Assembly: GCF_006345805.1 (NCBI RefSeq)
Contig: NC_043023.1
Coordinates: 8,060,001 to 8,124,000 of the forward strand
Direction of reading: 5' to 3'
Source of the DNA: Octopus sinensis
Taxonomy: Eukaryota
Length of the DNA: 64,000 nucleotides
Shown here: one piece after another, positions 62,383 through 64,000 of the stretch
Layout: each line of letters begins with the position of its first letter
Position numbering within the stretch: position 1 is the first letter of the stretch
Program-made: the position numbers and the translations under genes
The notes under the pieces: generated by a model
Databases searched by the model: none
Seen by the model: only the letters and a program-made list of their open reading frames with translations
What the model was told of the DNA's origin: nothing

Positions 62383-62495
62383 GAAACTCTGCGAGATCAG
62401 ACTAGAGCCTGGTGCAGCCTTCTGGCTTCCCAGATCCCTGTCGAACCGTCCATCATATGCTAGCATGGAAAACGGACGTTAAATGATGATGATGA
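62383..62495 (+). mobile_element. RTE-like LINE 3' tail
   Basis: ...atgctagcatggaaaacggacgttaaa(tga)n. Confidence 0.75.
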
Positions 62496-62736
62496 TATAT
62501 ATAAATATATATATACACACACACACGTCAATTCATGTGTGTGTGTATGTGTGCATATCTAATACTATAAATGCGAATATCAGTGCGTCACACTTTTTCA
62601 ACTTTACTCCTAGAGGCCGTAGCCCAACATATCATACCATTTTGGAATCAGGCTCAATCTGTGGGTAAATTAAGAACTTTCCAGGGCGAATCTGGACCTG
62701 TAAGCCTGAAATTTTGGATTCCCAAGTTAACATTAC

Positions 62737-63144
62737 GGATCTTTTCGGTTTGAACGCCAGTTTTTTCTAGCGGTGTCATATGAAATTGTCACCCATAATT
62801 ATGACCCTAGTATCGATCTATTGCATTTCAATCTGTTTTCGGATTAGGGTTAGGGGAGAGGGGAAGGGTATCTTTATTTCTTCAGAAATATAAATAAACC
62901 CAATCTGTTTCTTAAACGAGGGACATATTCGTACGGCACAGAATGTTTTCACCTTAATAGACGTCATTGATTGGTTGAAATTGAAGAAAAAAACCAACAA
63001 ATATCTTACAAACTATAGAATTTTCTCAAGAAAGCCAAGAGAAAAAGATGTTTTATAAACACATTCTACAAGTATACGAAGTTTAAAAGTGTTTAGTTAC
63101 GTGGAAAATATTTTTAAAAACTGCCGTTCAAACAGAAAAGGTCC
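62737..63144. mobile_element. GGATC-TIR MITE with 8-bp TSD (AACATTAC/ATCATTAC)
   Basis: TIRs and a near-perfect 8-bp duplication. Confidence 0.88.
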
Positions 63145-63543
63145 ATCATTACTGCTCTTGTTTTTTGTGATTTTCGTTTTTTTACATGATTTTTGTGATG
63201 CATTTCTTTGCATGATAACAATTTCTAATAGCTGGATCCCTGAAAACTTCACAGAAAATATAAAAAATGTAGGCATCTATTAAAAGAGACTTCATTTAAT
63301 AACTATCAAATAATTATCCCATAATCAGAAATATTAAATTTCTAAATATCTCATAGAGATATGTACGGTGGTGGAGCGATAGAGTCGTATACTGTCAACC
63401 TAATGTGACAGTCCTGTAAGGGAATTACACCACCGCTGTTTAGCCCTAGGAAGCATCGACGCTGCCTGTCGGCCTTGATACATTTCCTGTGTCCTTATAT
63501 ATTTACGAAGGGGAGACAAACACCCCCAACAGCTAGGCCTGCA

Positions 63544-63589
63544 TCTAGAGACATGCATGTTTCTGGGTCTTGCCCATCATCAGTCTAGA
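63544..63589 (-). ncRNA. Type I hammerhead ribozyme
   Basis: Minus strand UCUAGA-CUGAUGA-UGGG(CAAGA)CCCA-GAA-ACAUGCAUGU-C/UCUAGA: complete catalytic core, GUC cleavage triplet, helices I-III. Confidence 0.85.
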
Positions 63590-64000
63590 GTAGCAGAGGC
63601 CTGCTAGCTGAAGATATTTGTCTAGACTTCGTAAACATATATATTGGTGTATACACCACTGACTTTGTTGCCTCACAAATTCTGGGAAAATGGATGCTTT
63701 TTGACAAAAGTTTCAACAAATAATCACTTAGATCCTGTTGATTGAATGTATGGAAAGATTTGTTGGAAAACGTTTTTTCAAGGGGTTGGGGAAAGGAGTT
63801 TGGGAAAATAGACGCAACCCAACATTTTCTCCTTTGTAACTTACAGGAAAATGTGCATTTTTTAATGAAATTTCATGCAGTTAGCTTTCCAACGGCATAG
63901 ATTATAATTACTGAAGTTGAGGGTGAGTGGTGGCTATATATCTGTAGTTCTCCATGCTAGCATGGGTTGGACGGTTCGACCGGGGCTCTGGGAAGCCAGA

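Overview
AT-rich animal genomic DNA, most likely an octopus/cephalopod C2H2 zinc-finger (ZF) cluster. The organism is inferred from finger style, SINE/LINE families and microsatellites and is not verified. Bases 1-15.2 kb are an 84-bp coding minisatellite of about 181 near-identical fingers (helix QSTNLTD), open at the window's 5' edge and capped by a SINE. A 10-finger gene follows at 20.9 kb. From about 22 kb to 62 kb there is a roughly triplicated 13-16 kb unit carrying two ZF gene types (A and B), whose finger arrays differ far more than their flanks. Spacers hold tRNA-SINEs, RTE LINE fragments, a non-autonomous Helitron, MITEs with 8-bp TSDs, an Academ-like element, a solo LTR and Gypsy integrase remnants. 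A well-formed type I hammerhead ribozyme lies on the minus strand at 63.5 kb. No rRNA, true tRNA, CRISPR or prokaryotic features were found. All alignments and folds were done by eye.
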